Positions 11,834 to 23,705 are shown, counted from the first letter of the stretch. The stretch: 64,000 nucleotides of DNA from Macrostomum lignano (GCA_002269645.1 NIVC01001103.1:62001-126000); one strand, 5' to 3'. Translations and numbers: made by a program. Notes: generated by a model from the letters alone, not told the origin.

Positions 11834-14800
11834 ATGCTCACAATTGGCTTCTATTGTTTAGCATCTCTGCCACTGCCTGCACATTACCAGCCGTGTGTCA
11901 GGTCTCTACACAGGCAATTATTATCAACCAGTGCCGCTGTCAAAGCTGCAATGCGAGTTCTAAATGTTGCTGAAAAGAACGATGCAGCCAAAAGCCTGGC
12001 CGCTATCATGTCCAACGGCCAGATGCGCCGCCGGGATGGCCAGTCGAGGTATAACAAAATCTACGAATTCCAGTGCAACCTGCTTGGCCAGCAGTGCCAG
12101 ATGACCATGACCTCGGTTAGTGGCCACTTAATGAACTATGACTTCACTCAGCAGCACAGAAAGTGGCTCAGCTGCACCCGTCGGCCTGTTTGATGCCCCC
12201 GTTGTTAAACAGATACAGCGGGACTACCAGCCAATCAGGGACACCCTGACCAGCTGCCAAGTCCGCTCAGCGGCTGGTCATCTGGACAGATTGCGATCGA
12301 GAGGGCGAAAATATCGCATGGAGATTGTCAACGTCTGCATGGCCTCGAATCCCAGTAATGGTCGTTCAGGCAATTCTTTGGGATTCAGAATGGGGATATG
12401 GATTCTCGTGCAGGATTCAGAATGGGGATCAGGATTCTCGTGCAGGATTCAGAATGGGATATGGATTCTCGTGAGGATTCAGAATGGGGATATGGATTCT
12501 CGTGCAGGATTCAGAAATGGGATATGGATTCTCGTGCAGGATTCAGAATGGGATATGGATTCTCGTGCAGGATTCAGAATGGGGATATGGATTCTCGTGC
12601 AGGATTCAGAATGGGGATCAGGATTCTCGTGCAGGATTCAGAATGGGGATCAGGATTCTCGTGCAGGATTCAGAATGGGGATCAGGATTCTCGNNNNNNN
12701 NNNNNNNNNNNNNNNNNNNNNNNNNNNNNNNNNNNNNNNNNNNNNNNNNNNNNNNNNNNNNNNNNNNNNNNNNNNNNNNNNNNNNNNNNNNNNNNNNNNN
12801 NNNNNNNNNNNNNNNNNNNNNNNNNNNNNNNNNNNNNNNNNNNNNNNNNNNNNNNNNNNNNNNNNNNNNNNNNNNNNNNNNNNNNNNNNNNNNNNNNNNN
12901 NNNNNNNNNNNNNNNNNNNNNNNNNNNNNNNNNNNNNNNNNNNNNNNNNNNNNNNNNNNNNNNNNNNNNNNNNNNNNNNNNNNNNNNNNNNNNNNNNNNN
13001 NNNNNNNNNNNNNNNNNNNNNNNNNNNNNNNNNNNNNNNNNNNNNNNNNNNNNNNNNNNNNNNNNNNNNNNNNNNNNNNNNNNNNNNNNNNNNNNNNNNN
13101 NNNNNNNNNNNNNNNNNNNNNNNNNNNNNNNNNNNNNNNNNNNNNNNNNNNNNNNNNNNNNNNNNNNNNNNNNNNNNNNNNNNNNNNNNNNNNNNNNNNN
13201 NNNNNNNNNNNNNNNNNNNNNNNNNNNNTAGTATTCTCAGTAGTTTCCATGATGAGATTCTTATAGTTTTCATGAGATTCTCGGTAGTTTCCAGGATGAG
13301 ATTCTTGTAGTTTCTATGATAACCTCTGTAGTTTCGCATGATGAGATTCTCATAGTTTTCATGATAAGATTTTGGTAGTTTCCATGATGAGATTTTGGTA
13401 GTTTCCTTGATAGATTTTGGTAGTTTCCATGATGAGATTCTCGCTAGTTTCCCATGATGAGATTCTCGCTAGTTTTCATGATGAGATTTTTGGTAGTTCC
13501 ATGATGAGATTTTGGTAAGTTTCCATGATGAGATTCTCGTAGTTTCCATGATGAGATTCTCGCTAGTTTTCATGATGAGATTTTTGGTAGTTTCCATGAT
13601 GAGATTTTGGTAGTTTCCATGATGAGATTCTCAAGTAGTTTTCATGATAAGATTTTTGGTAGTTTCCATGATGAGATTTTGGTAGTTTCCATGATGAGAT
13701 TCTCGGTAGTTTTCATGATAAGATTTTTGGTAGTTTCCATGATAACCTCTGTAGTTTCCATGATGAAATTTTTGGTAGTTTTCCATGATAATTTCTGTAG
13801 TTTCCATGATAATCTCGGTAGCTTCCGTGATGAGCTTTTTAGTAGTTTCCATGATTCACAATGTTATTTTGAGACTTGGGCGAAGAATGTCGATATTGAT
13901 ATTCAGCCAGATAATCTCAGAGCTCAGCATCTCAAAATGCGCCTGGCTGTCTCGCCTCCTACTTTCCGCAGGCTGTCGGCCAGATGTTTCTGGCCCACGT
14001 GCTCGAATCGCCCATAGCAACAGTAATTAGCGTCGAGTCCAAGCCCAAGAATCGATGGCGCCCGTGCGCGCTGGACACGGTGGAATTCGAGAAGCTGGCC
14101 TCCCGCAAACTGCGCATCAACGCCAAGGAGGCGATGCACATCGCCGAGCGCCTGTACACGCAGGGCTACATCTCCTATCCGCGCACGGAGACGAACATAT
14201 TCCCTAGGGATTTTAATTTGGCGCGGCCTAGTTCAGACTCAAACTGCGGACAATCGGTGGGCCCAGTTTGCCCAGCGAGTGGCCGAGCATGGGCCAAGCC
14301 CGCGGAATGGCAAGAAGTCTGATCAGGCCCATCCGCCTATTCACCCGCTGAAATGCGGTGACGGACTGGCTAATAATGAGGCCAAGGTGAGCCTGCGTTC
14401 TTGTTGTCAGCAACATGTGTTCTTCACTTTTTAAACCTGGAGACCTCGAAAGCCTATGGTATCTTTGGGACTGAGATAACTCCGGATTTAATGCCCCCTG
14501 AGATAATTATGGATTTAATGCCCCCTGAGATAATAATATGGATTTAATGCCCCCTAAGTTAATTCAGAATTTAATGACCCCAGAAATAATTATGGGTTTA
14601 ATGACCCCTGAGATAGTTATGGATTTAATGACCCCTGAAATAATTATGGATTTAATGACCCCCTGGAATAAATCTGGATTTAATGACCCCTTGAGGTAAT
14701 TATGGATTTAATGACCCAGATAATTATGGATTTTATGACCCCTAGGATAATTCTAGATTTAATGACCCCTGAGATAATTCTGGGTTTAATGACCCCCTGA

Positions 14801-17498
14801 GATCGCTCTGGTTTTAATAACCCCTGGGATAATTCTAGATTTCATGACCCACTGAGATAATTATAGTTTTAATGACCCCTGAAATAATTCTGGGTTTAGT
14901 GAGTCAATGACCCCCTGAGAAGATTATGGATTTAATGACCCCTGAGATAATCATGGATTTAATGACCCCTGAGATAATTATAAATTTAATGACCCCCTGA
15001 GATAATTATGCATTTAATGACCCCCTGAGATAATTATGCATTTAATGACCCCCCGCCGTGATAATTATAGATTTAATGATTCCTGAGATAATTATAGATT
15101 TAATGACCCCCTAAGATAATTATAGATTTAATGACCCCCTAAGATAATTATGGATTTAATGACCACTGAGGTCAATCAGCATGCCATGAAAATTAAGTCA
15201 CGACCCCTGTGAGGTAACCCCTCGGTTGATTTCAACCGCTATGACCCACTTTGACACCGTGAGGAAACTTAACAGATGTTAAAGACCTTGTGAGTATGCC
15301 AAATAACTATTCTAGAAGTACTCTATTACCCATCCCGCCAGGTATTCGAGCTGATCGCTCGCCACTTCCTAGCCTGCTGCTCCAAAGACGCCGTGGGTCG
15401 GGAGGTCAAAGTCGGCATAGACATCAACGGCGAAGGCTTCGAAGCCAAAGGCCTGACCATCATTGAGCGCAACTACCTGGAGGTGTACATCTACGATAAA
15501 TGGGTTGATAAAGAACTGCCGCTGTTCCAGCAGGGCCAGCAGTTTCAGCCTAGCAACATCAGCCTGATTGACGGGTGCACGACAGCTCCGGCCCTCCTAA
15601 CCGAGGCCGACCTGATCGCCCTGATGGACCGGCACGGCATTGGAACAGATGCTACTCACGCTGAGCACATTGAAACTGTGAAACAGCGCCTGTATGTCGG
15701 GCTGCAGGACGCCAGGTATCTGGTGCCTGGCCAGCTGGGCATTGGCCTGGTCGAAGGCTACGACGCAATGGGATTTCAAATGTCCAAGCCGGACCTGCGC
15801 TCGGCGCTGGAAGCCGATTTGAAAGCCATCTGCGAGGGCCGGCGTTCTAAACAGGTAAGGCAACTTCTCTGTTAGAGTGTCGGACTCACGGCTGAAAGGT
15901 CGGGGGTTCGATTCCCGACCCACTCGGGACAATTTGTGTCCTTGAGCAAGACACTTAACTCTGCATTGCTTCAGTTCACCCAGCTGTAAAATTGGTGCCA
16001 GCATTAGCTGGGATAATTAAGGGGTGTGTGGCGACCCCCCCCCAGTCCTTGGACTGAACAGCCGTAGAATCGAACCCGCGACCTTTGAGGCAAGCTTCTC
16101 GTTTCTTAGAATAGGATTTTAAAGCTACTTAATAGGCAGTAGTATCGATGGCATATTTTTTGTTTTTGACAGTAAAATACTAAATAAAGGAGGTTGAGAT
16201 ACTTAGCAATCAATAATATCGATTTTTCGTTCTCTCTCTCTGTTTTTCTCCCATCTCAGGACGTGCTCAGCTTCCATATTGAACGCTACAGGCGCGTATT
16301 TGATGAAGCGTGTCGCCAGGCCAACCTGCTGGACGCCCGGGTCGGCCACTACTTGGACGAACAGCCGGCCGAAGCGCCCCAGCTACCCGCTGGCGAAGCC
16401 GGTGGTCAGGCCAATTCGACCAACTTGGTGAGGCGCTGCCCGCAGTGCTCAGCGGCCGACATGGCGCTCAAGACTAAGCGAGACGGCTCCAGTTACTACG
16501 TTGGCTGCCTGGCCTATCCGACCTGCAAGCGCGCTGTCTGGCTGCCCGAGTCTGTCCGCCGGGCCGCCGTGTCCGATCAGAACTGTCCGACTTGTTCAAC
16601 GCCGGGCGGCGCGGACGGACAGGTGCGAAAGCTGACGCTGCAGTTCAGCCAGGCGGCTCCGATGCCGTTCCGCGACTTGGCCGAGCACACCATCTGCGTC
16701 TTCTGCGATCCCGACTATGTTGGCGCGTTTGGCGGCGCTGCTAGCACCGTTGGAGGCGGAGGTGGCGGTGGCCAACCAAAACCATCCACTGCTATTAGTT
16801 TCCATGCCAACGAGCTGCAGGCAGCATCGATGCAGCAGCGTCTGTTTCTGCAGCCGCAGGATCGGCAGACTTTTGCTGTGCAGGCGCCAGCGCCAATGCA
16901 GCAGCAGCCGCCGCCGCAGCCTCCAGGAGGTGCCTCCAACGCCGCTCCGGGCACCTGCGCTTGCGGTACACCTGTACGAGAACTGACTGTACGCAAAGAA
17001 GGCCCAAATAAGGGCAGACAATTCTACAAGTGCGCCACTGGTACCTGCAATCATTTCCAATGGGCTGATGCGCCACCTGGAGGCGGAGGCGGCGGTGGCG
17101 GTGGATTTGCTGGTGCATCGTTTTCAGCGTCGTCCACGCAATACGGTGGTGGCGGCGATTTTGGAAGCGGTGGAGGCGGTGGCTTCGGTGGAAACAGCGG
17201 CTTCGGCGGTGGTGGAGGCGGTGGCTTCGGTGGTGGTGGAGGTGGCGGAAGCAGCGGCTTCGGCGGTGGTGGAGGCGGTGGCTTCGGTGGTGGTGGAGGT
17301 GGCGGAAGCAGCGGCTTCGGCGGTGGTGGAGGTGGAAGCGGCGGCGGAGCTGCCTCAGGCGTCAGTTGCAAGTGCGGCGAGCCGGCCCGCGAGCGGACGG
17401 TGCAGAAAGACGGGCCAAACAAAGGCAGGCCGTTCTTCGGCTGCGCTAAGCCGATGAATCAGAGCTGCAACTTCTTTCAGTGGGGCGACGAGCCCGCT

Positions 17499-17531
<33 letters not shown>

Positions 17532-17586
17532 AGCGGCTTTGCCAACAGTAGCTTTGGCAGCGGCAGCAGCAGAGGTGGCTTCAGCC

Positions 17587-17621
<35 letters not shown>

Positions 17622-17786
17622 TTCCAAAAGGCCAACAGCCATGGCAACCGACGCTCCGGCGGCGGCGGCGGCGGCGGCGGCGGCAGCGACGGCGGTGGCG
17701 GTGACGGGCAGAAAAAGCAACGCAAGTGCGGCGCCTGCGGACAGCCGGGCCACACTAGAAACCGATGCGCAATGTTTATCAACTAG
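11834..17786 (+). CDS. TOP3A: DNA topoisomerase III alpha (multi-exon: ~11834/11951-~12355, part probably in gap, ~13973-14386, 15342-15854, 16260-17786)
   Basis: TOPRIM MRVLNVAEKNDAAK, TSVSGHL, IWTDCDREGEN; catalytic GYISYPRTET; SDQAHPPIHP; GIGTDAT; C-terminal C4 zinc finger, two zf-GRF (VRKEGPNKGRQFYKC, VQKDGPNKGRPFFGC) and a CCHC knuckle. GT-AG sites at 14387/15341 and 15855/16259 keep the frame. About 4 homopolymer-type frameshifts lie near the gap. Confidence 0.93.
12379..12693. repeat. ~33-bp minisatellite running into the assembly gap
   Basis: GGATTCAGAATGGGGATATGGATTCTCGTGCA units. Confidence 0.9.
12694..13229. other. Assembly gap (N run)
   Basis: Run of N flanked by two different minisatellites. 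The missing central TOP3A coding segment (roughly 130 aa by comparison with known TOP3A) probably lies here. Confidence 0.95.
13230..13860. repeat. ~21-23-bp minisatellite (TOP3A intron)
   Basis: GTAGTTTCCATGATGAGATTTT(G) units. Confidence 0.9.
14470..15170. repeat. ~27-bp minisatellite (TOP3A intron)
   Basis: GATTTAATGACCCCTGAGATAATTATG units. Confidence 0.9.
15871..16043 (+). mobile_element. tRNA-derived SINE with CORE-like domain
   Basis: B-box GGTTCGATTCC followed by GTGTCCTTGAGCAAGACACTTAAC (CORE-like) and CACCCAGCTGTAAAATTGG. A reverse-complement copy lies at ~44678-44855. Confidence 0.7.
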
Positions 17787-18700
17787 CAGGCCCTTGAGCC
17801 AGTGTTTTATTGTTTCGATACGATTTTCGACTTACTTTCTCGATGCAAAGCAAGCAGCATTTCTTCCTACCTTTTTTACTAGTTACTTTCTCAATAGTAA
17901 AGCGGTGTTATCTGTGTTGCTACCAGGCAACGAATATAGCATGTAAATCTTGCAAAAATATATCAAGAAACGTTTATATTGTTTATTCTTTGTTTCGTTT
18001 GTCAAGCATGTTTTTTATAAGTTTTAAATTCTAATTTGTACATTGGCAGTGTTTTTATTTGGCGTTTCTTGTTTACCGTATTAGGGGAGCTGCATTGGAG
18101 GAGCTGCATATAGTCGCAGGGGGGCGTTAGCAGCCCCTGGCGTAATCACTGAGGCAATTCTGCCCATTCCCCTGACTTCTTAGCACATACAAGCGGGTCA
18201 ATACTGTAGGCAGCATATGCACTCTATAACTTAGTGATTAAATAAATTATAGGGAATGGAGTTTTTTATTTTTTGAGCACAAAATTTGCAATTACTTTAT
18301 AGTCTTCACATTCAGTAGTAAGCCTTCATTAAATTAGAATAAAATGCCTTATTTATAGGCCATAAATAAATTTATTTGTTTTAATTTATGAATTAGGGTT
18401 GTGGCGCGAGAGTCAGACGCTTTTGGCACCTGAGTTGCTCCGCCTTAGCGTTGCCCAAACTGAGGTATTGAATTTCTCGGCTTTGCCTGACTAATAGATT
18501 AGAACTCTCTCAAAGCCTTTTGTGCTGCTGTCTTTTGTCCTTGTTGGTAGGCTCTCAATTCAACTTTAAAATTGAAATAATAGTTCCCGTTGTCATTGGC
18601 AACGTGGATATACAAGCTTGCCGGATGAGCAGAAAAGGCAGACAGATCGGAATGAAGCGATCGATGTGGAGAGCAAAGTTGAGAAGTCAAGCTTAGAGGT

Positions 18701-19204
18701 TTGACTTTGGCGTCCATAGCAATTCTGTATCGAGCTCAGCCGCTTCTTGTCCTCACACTTTATGCTGTTGCTGTCCGGCTGTCGCGGGCGGCCACTCGCC
18801 TCGGTGGCTACTGTGACAGCCAGCCGGACGCTTTCGCTTGCAGTCCGGGGCGCGTGGCCGGCGCCACAATCGGCGCCATCTTATCTGTCGGCCTGTTAGT
18901 TGGAATCATCGCCGCCTGCTGTCTGTGGCGCCATCGGGCTAACAAAGTGCGCTGCAGCAGGTCAACCGCTCGGCAGCAGCTACCAGAGCCGGCTGGGCAG
19001 ATCCCCATGGTCCCAGCGATGTGGCCGCCGCCTCCGCCGTACAGTCCGCCAGCAGTTGGAGCTGGCGCTCTCCGCAATGCCGGCTTTGCTGCAGACGAAT
19101 GCTTTGAAGAGCCGCAACAGCCGCCGCCGACGCCACCGCATCTAGATTCCATTCAAGACAGTCCGCTGAAGCAGAAGCAGCTGGAAATACCACCAGTCAG
19201 TTAG
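18701..19204 (+). CDS. Small single-pass membrane protein with cytoplasmic PPxY motif
   Basis: Hydrophobic leader, short Cys-containing ectodomain (YCDSQPDAFAC), TM ATIGAILSVGLLVGIIAACCLW, basic stop-transfer RHR, PPPPPYSPP. The start is uncertain (the ORF opens at TTG). Confidence 0.55.
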   Translation: MTLASIAILYRAQPLLVLTLYAVAVRLSRAATRLGGYCDSQPDAFACSPGRVAGATIGAILSVGLLVGIIAACCLWRHRANKVRCSRSTARQQLPEPAGQIPMVPAMWPPPPPYSPPAVGAGALRNAGFAADECFEEPQQPPPTPPHLDSIQDSPLKQKQLEIPPVS

Positions 19205-19644
19205 AAGTTGACTCAGCATGTGCGCTGCTTCTTTTAAAGTGCACCGCCTTCTTTTCATCGCGAAAGAAGTTTTTTTTTAAAGTTAGATTTTTTAGGTTAA
19301 CAAACTTCACCGAAAGACACTTAACTAGGATTGAGCGCTTCTTTAATTAAATACTACGATACGTTACGCTCGTAACTCAAGTTAAATACATTTACTACAT
19401 AAGGTTACACGGCTCTTCTTTTTAACTTTAAAGTTGACAGAACACTTGAGCTCTTTATTACGTCAGTGGAATAGTTTCGTTCAGTATGCTCTAGAGAATG
19501 CACAGCTAGGCCTGAATGGGGTTCCGCCATAGACAAATCCGATTTCACTGAACGCACTGGCGATACGGCCGGCCTCCAGCTGATTTCTAAGAAAATCAAG
19601 TGTAGCGTGTTTCTGCTTCAGTTGCCCGTGTGTCTACTCGTAGA

Positions 19645-19790
19645 TTCGGGTTGGCAAACTTTTTACTTAAGGGCCAGATATGAGAGGGGAGATGAGAGGG
19701 GCGAATAACAAGAGAGCTGAGAAGAGACAAACTTTGAACAGGCCGGATTGCTATTGTGAATTTTCAAAGGATCCGAGGGTCGTATAGTAA
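19645..19790. mobile_element. hAT/Charlie-like MITE fragment
   Basis: GGGTTGGCAAACTTTTT..AAGGGCCAGAT start, plus GAGAGCTGAGAAGAGAC..GCTATTGTGAA shared with the element at 28977-29641. Confidence 0.45.
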
Positions 19791-20377
19791 ATTTGTACAG
19801 CTACTGCAGAAATTTGTACAGCTACTGCAGTAAATTTGTACAGCTACTGCAGTAAATTTGTACAGCTACTGCAGTAAGTTTGTACAGCTACTGCAGTAAG
19901 TTTGTACAGCTACTGCAGTAAATTGGTACAGCTACTGCAGTAAATTTGTACAGCTACTGCAGTAAGTTTGTACAGCTACTGCAGTAAATTGGTACAGCTA
20001 CTGCAGTAAATTTGTACAGCTACTGCAGTAAGTTTGTACAGCTACTGCAGTAAATTGGTACAGCTACTGCAGTAAATTTGTACAGCTACTGCAGTAAGTT
20101 TGTACAGCTACTGCAGTAAATTGGTACAGCTACTGCAGTAAATTTGTACAGCTACTGCAGTAAATGTGTACAACCACTGCAGTAAATTTGTACAGCTACT
20201 GCAGTAAATTGGTACAGCTACTGCAGTAAATTTGTACAGCTACTGCAGTAAGTTTGTACAGCTACTGCAGTAAATTGGTACAGCTACTGCAGTAAATTTG
20301 TACAGCTACTGCAGTAAATGTGTACAACCACTGCAGTAAATTTGTACAGCTACTGCAGTAAATTGGTACAGCTACTG
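19785..20377. repeat. 22-bp minisatellite, ~27 copies
   Basis: GTAAATTTGTACAGCTACTGCA units. Confidence 0.95.
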
Positions 20378-21138
20378 CGCAGTTGACTGTCAAAGTAATC
20401 TAATCAAAAACGTTTTTCCTATGCTAGTCGCAGATAAATCTCGTGTACGCTTGTACTTCTGATAATATTGGCACGCACATTGTACTCTTTAGAGTTTAAA
20501 TTCAAATTATAACTTCTGTCTAAAACAACCAAAACACAAATGATATTACAAGTACAGTCCAAAAATGTTCACGAACCATTAATCGGTTTTATGAATAAAA
20601 ATATATAAACTTCCTAGAAACCCATTGCCTTTTTAGGCCTTTGATTGGATGGAGGTCTTTCAGGTCTATGAGTGGATAAAATAGTGTTAGTATGGCACCC
20701 CATATATGGATAAACAAGATAATTCTATAGCTGGATTCAAATACTGATTGAGCACGGCTAACTCTGTGGTCAGTCGCCCATATGCTGCCTAAACAATGGT
20801 GATAATTAGCTGGTGACGGATGCCAAACATTAATATTAACGTACACTACCTATACAGTAGCGCTTCCTTATATTTACCCACGGCTAACTTGCTGAGTCAA
20901 TAGACTCGGTGTGGGATCTGTTAGGCTATATATGCAGCGATAGAAAGCCAGCAATTGCAAAGGCTAATTGTGCATGTACGTGACGAATCCGGAAGGTTCT
21001 CCTGATCTTTGAAATCCATTAGCAATCACAAAGGCGTTCAGTTTGCTATGGTGAGTTTTTGCAGAGCAGTTGATGAGGTGTTTATCCATCTATACATCAT
21101 ATCGCGCATCAATGTAGGAATTCGCGCAGCTTGAGCAG

Positions 21139-22974
21139 ATGCCGGAGCTGAAGCGCATCCTGCACGAGGACGACGCGGAGTCGCTGATCGTCCAGCTCGA
21201 GCTGGCCAAGCCCCTCTCTCTGCAGCAGATTCTGCAGCTTGGTATCGAGCAGCTGGGTGAAGACGCCGGCACTGATGACTGCATCAAGTGCGGCAGGCCC
21301 GACTTCACGTCGTTCCTCATCGCTCACTCAACCCTGCTGGAAGTGGCCGCGTGCACACTCGCTCTCAACTGTGTCACTCTCCTCATCGACGAGTTGGAGG
21401 CCGCAGCGGAGTTTGTCGCTGGCGCCGACGCCGACGCCGACGCCGACGCTCTTCATCGGGCAGTCGGAGAGTCAGTCGTGCCGCTGCACTGTCTCATTGT
21501 GAAGCTGTTCACTCTGAGAGGAGGCGGCGGCGGCGGCGGCGGCGGCGATGCGGCATTCGAGGACCGGGCGGTGAGATTCGTGCACCAAGTGTCGGCTGCG
21601 CGGCCTCGCTTCTTCCGCGTGTGCGCAGAGAAGGAGGCGTTCGGCCACAATGCTCTCGAGCTGGCAGTCAGTCTGCAGCTGTTCTCACTGGCTGAGTGCA
21701 TTCTCGAGTCGGGCAAGTACTGCGGCGAGGTCAGTCTCGTAGCGGGCGTCAAGGTGCAGCGAGTGGATCTAAGCGAGTACGACTTCTTCTCGGGGGACAG
21801 ATACACGAAGCACCCACTGAGCATGCTGGCCACATCCGCAATGGAGGATACTCCAGATGCTTTGAAAAAGTTCATGGATCATGGCATTGTGAGCCAATGG
21901 TCGCAGAGACTCACCAACTCCATGCGGAGTACGATGCTTATACGAGCTCTCGTGCTGACCGTGTACAAGATCCTGCTTCTTTCTGTCGGCTCGTCGTGTG
22001 TTTACTCGGGCGTGACCGTGACCCGGATGCGGAGCGGCCAGGCGAACGGCAGCTGCCCGCTCTACCGGCTAAACCAGCGCTGGCACTCAAACTGCCAGCA
22101 GCCTTCTGCAAAGCTCGGCCTTGTGCTCCTCCTCATCTGCTACGTCGCTGAGAGCCTTCTGACCGTCTGCTCGAACTGCGTGTTCGCCTGCATGACACGA
22201 GGAGCCGTTTCGCGGTGTCGCGCCATCGTCCAGCACGCTTTGAGAAACAGCCAGATGCCTGTGGCTGTCGGTATCCTGCTTAACTCTGTCCTGACGCTAG
22301 TTCTCGCGATCGGCGCGGTTGAACACGCGTCTTCTCTGACCCTGGCCATCACCGATCGGGACGTCTACTTGAAGCTGCTGGACTACTCCATCAGCCTGCT
22401 GTACATTCTGACCATCTTAACAATTGTGTTCGACTGGATGCTGGTGGTTGAGAGCATCGCCCTGCTGTGGAAAGTGATGAGCACCTTTGCCTTTTTCTTG
22501 GCCATCATATTCAGCTTAATAGCCCTGTTTCTCTGGCTAATCGCCCTTATTGTGCCGTGCGAGCCCAGCTTCAATGTGAACGTGAACAGCAACTTGTTTA
22601 CGGAGGGCCTGCTCGTATTCTACCTGCTGATTAACAATGGCGGCTTGTCCAGTGAATCTATCAGAGCGCTCGGCATCGTCTACCTGGTCATGCACGCCCT
22701 CATTGTGCTGTTCTGCTTCAACTTTCTAATTGCCCTGCTGTCTGAGCGGCTGTCCAAGGCTGCTAGCAGCAGTCGCTACGTCTGTTTGGCCTATCGGCTG
22801 CACGTGCGGTTCATTGGGCTGATGGCGCCGGCTTATCTAATCCGCTGGTCACCTGGATCCAAGACTGTAGACCGCCTCTGCTGCTGCTGCTGCCGCTGCT
22901 TGAAGAGCTTTCTGGGGAAAATTGTCCCAGATTGTTGTTTCCTCTATCGATTGGCTGAGCCTATGACTAACTGA
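21139..22974 (+). CDS. TRPV-like channel paralogue 2, intronless, intact (611 aa)
   Basis: Same N-terminal cassette as paralogues 1 and 3; TM helices, pore LLVFYLLINNGGLS, S6 LFCFNFLIALLSERL, Cys-rich C-terminal tail. Confidence 0.75.
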   Translation: MPELKRILHEDDAESLIVQLELAKPLSLQQILQLGIEQLGEDAGTDDCIKCGRPDFTSFLIAHSTLLEVAACTLALNCVTLLIDELEAAAEFVAGADADADADALHRAVGESVVPLHCLIVKLFTLRGGGGGGGGGDAAFEDRAVRFVHQVSAARPRFFRVCAEKEAFGHNALELAVSLQLFSLAECILESGKYCGEVSLVAGVKVQRVDLSEYDFFSGDRYTKHPLSMLATSAMEDTPDALKKFMDHGIVSQWSQRLTNSMRSTMLIRALVLTVYKILLLSVGSSCVYSGVTVTRMRSGQANGSCPLYRLNQRWHSNCQQPSAKLGLVLLLICYVAESLLTVCSNCVFACMTRGAVSRCRAIVQHALRNSQMPVAVGILLNSVLTLVLAIGAVEHASSLTLAITDRDVYLKLLDYSISLLYILTILTIVFDWMLVVESIALLWKVMSTFAFFLAIIFSLIALFLWLIALIVPCEPSFNVNVNSNLFTEGLLVFYLLINNGGLSSESIRALGIVYLVMHALIVLFCFNFLIALLSERLSKAASSSRYVCLAYRLHVRFIGLMAPAYLIRWSPGSKTVDRLCCCCCRCLKSFLGKIVPDCCFLYRLAEPMTN

Positions 22975-23169
22975 GCTTTGTTGAGCCAACTCGTTGCTTT
23001 GTTTACAGCTTCCTGCCCTTCTCTACTCTACTAAGCTGTAAGTAGTTTGCAACGTATTTTATTGATTAGCAACTGAACGACCTATAAATTAGAAAATTTG
23101 ACAGTTTATGCAGAATACGCGGATGTTTAGAAGCTATATATAATTATTTTTTCTTTGCTCTGGTAAACA

Positions 23170-23705
23170 GGTGGTGCCCTTGTGCACACTTGCTCTAGTG
23201 CACAGGTGCTCTGGTGCACAGGTGCTCTGGTGCACAGTTGCTCTGGTGCACAGGTGCTCTGGTGCACAGGTGCTCTGGTGCACAGGTGCTCTGGTACACA
23301 GGTGCCCTGGTGCACAGGTGCCTTGGTGTACAGGTGCTCTGGTGCACAGGTGCTCTGGTGCACAGGTGCTCTGGTGCACAGGTGCTCTGGTGCACAGGTG
23401 CTCTGGTGCACAGGTGCTCTGGTGCACAGGTGCTCTGGTGCACAGGTGCTCTGGTGCACAGGTGCTCTGGTGCACAGGTGCTCTGGTGCACAGGTGCTCT
23501 GGTGCACAGGTGCTCTGGTGCACAGGTGCTCTGGTGCACAGGTGCTCTGGTGCACAGGTGCTCTGGTGCACAGGTGCTCTGGTGCACAGGTGCTCTGGTG
23601 CACAGGTGCTCTGGTGCACAGGTGCTCTGGTGCACAGGTGCTCTGGTGCACAGGTGCTCTGGTGCACAGGTGCTCTGGTGCACAGGTTCTCTGGTGCACA
23701 GGTGC
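23170..23705. repeat. 16-bp minisatellite
   Basis: TGGTGCACAGGTGCTC units. Confidence 0.95.

Noticed and set aside
12138-13339. Long ORFs spanning the N run
   Set aside because: Artefacts of translating through Ns and flanking repeats.
11951-14322. TOP3A as a pseudogene because of frameshifts
   Set aside because: Indels are homopolymer-type and cluster beside the gap, the downstream exons are clean, and all catalytic motifs are conserved; consensus error is more likely. Reads would settle it.
15871-15930. tRNA gene
   Set aside because: A B-box is present but I find no complete cloverleaf; it continues into a CORE-like body and has a second copy, so it is a SINE head. The same applies to the fragment near 55432-55480.
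17051-17946. Poly-Pro/poly-Ala ORFs overlapping the last TOP3A exon (and similar antisense ORFs over the channel and cGLR genes)
   Set aside because: Shadow frames of GC-rich (GGC)n coding sequence.
20589-20846. Tc1-like transposase fragment (IHIWGAI)
   Set aside because: A single short motif with no DDE context or TIRs.
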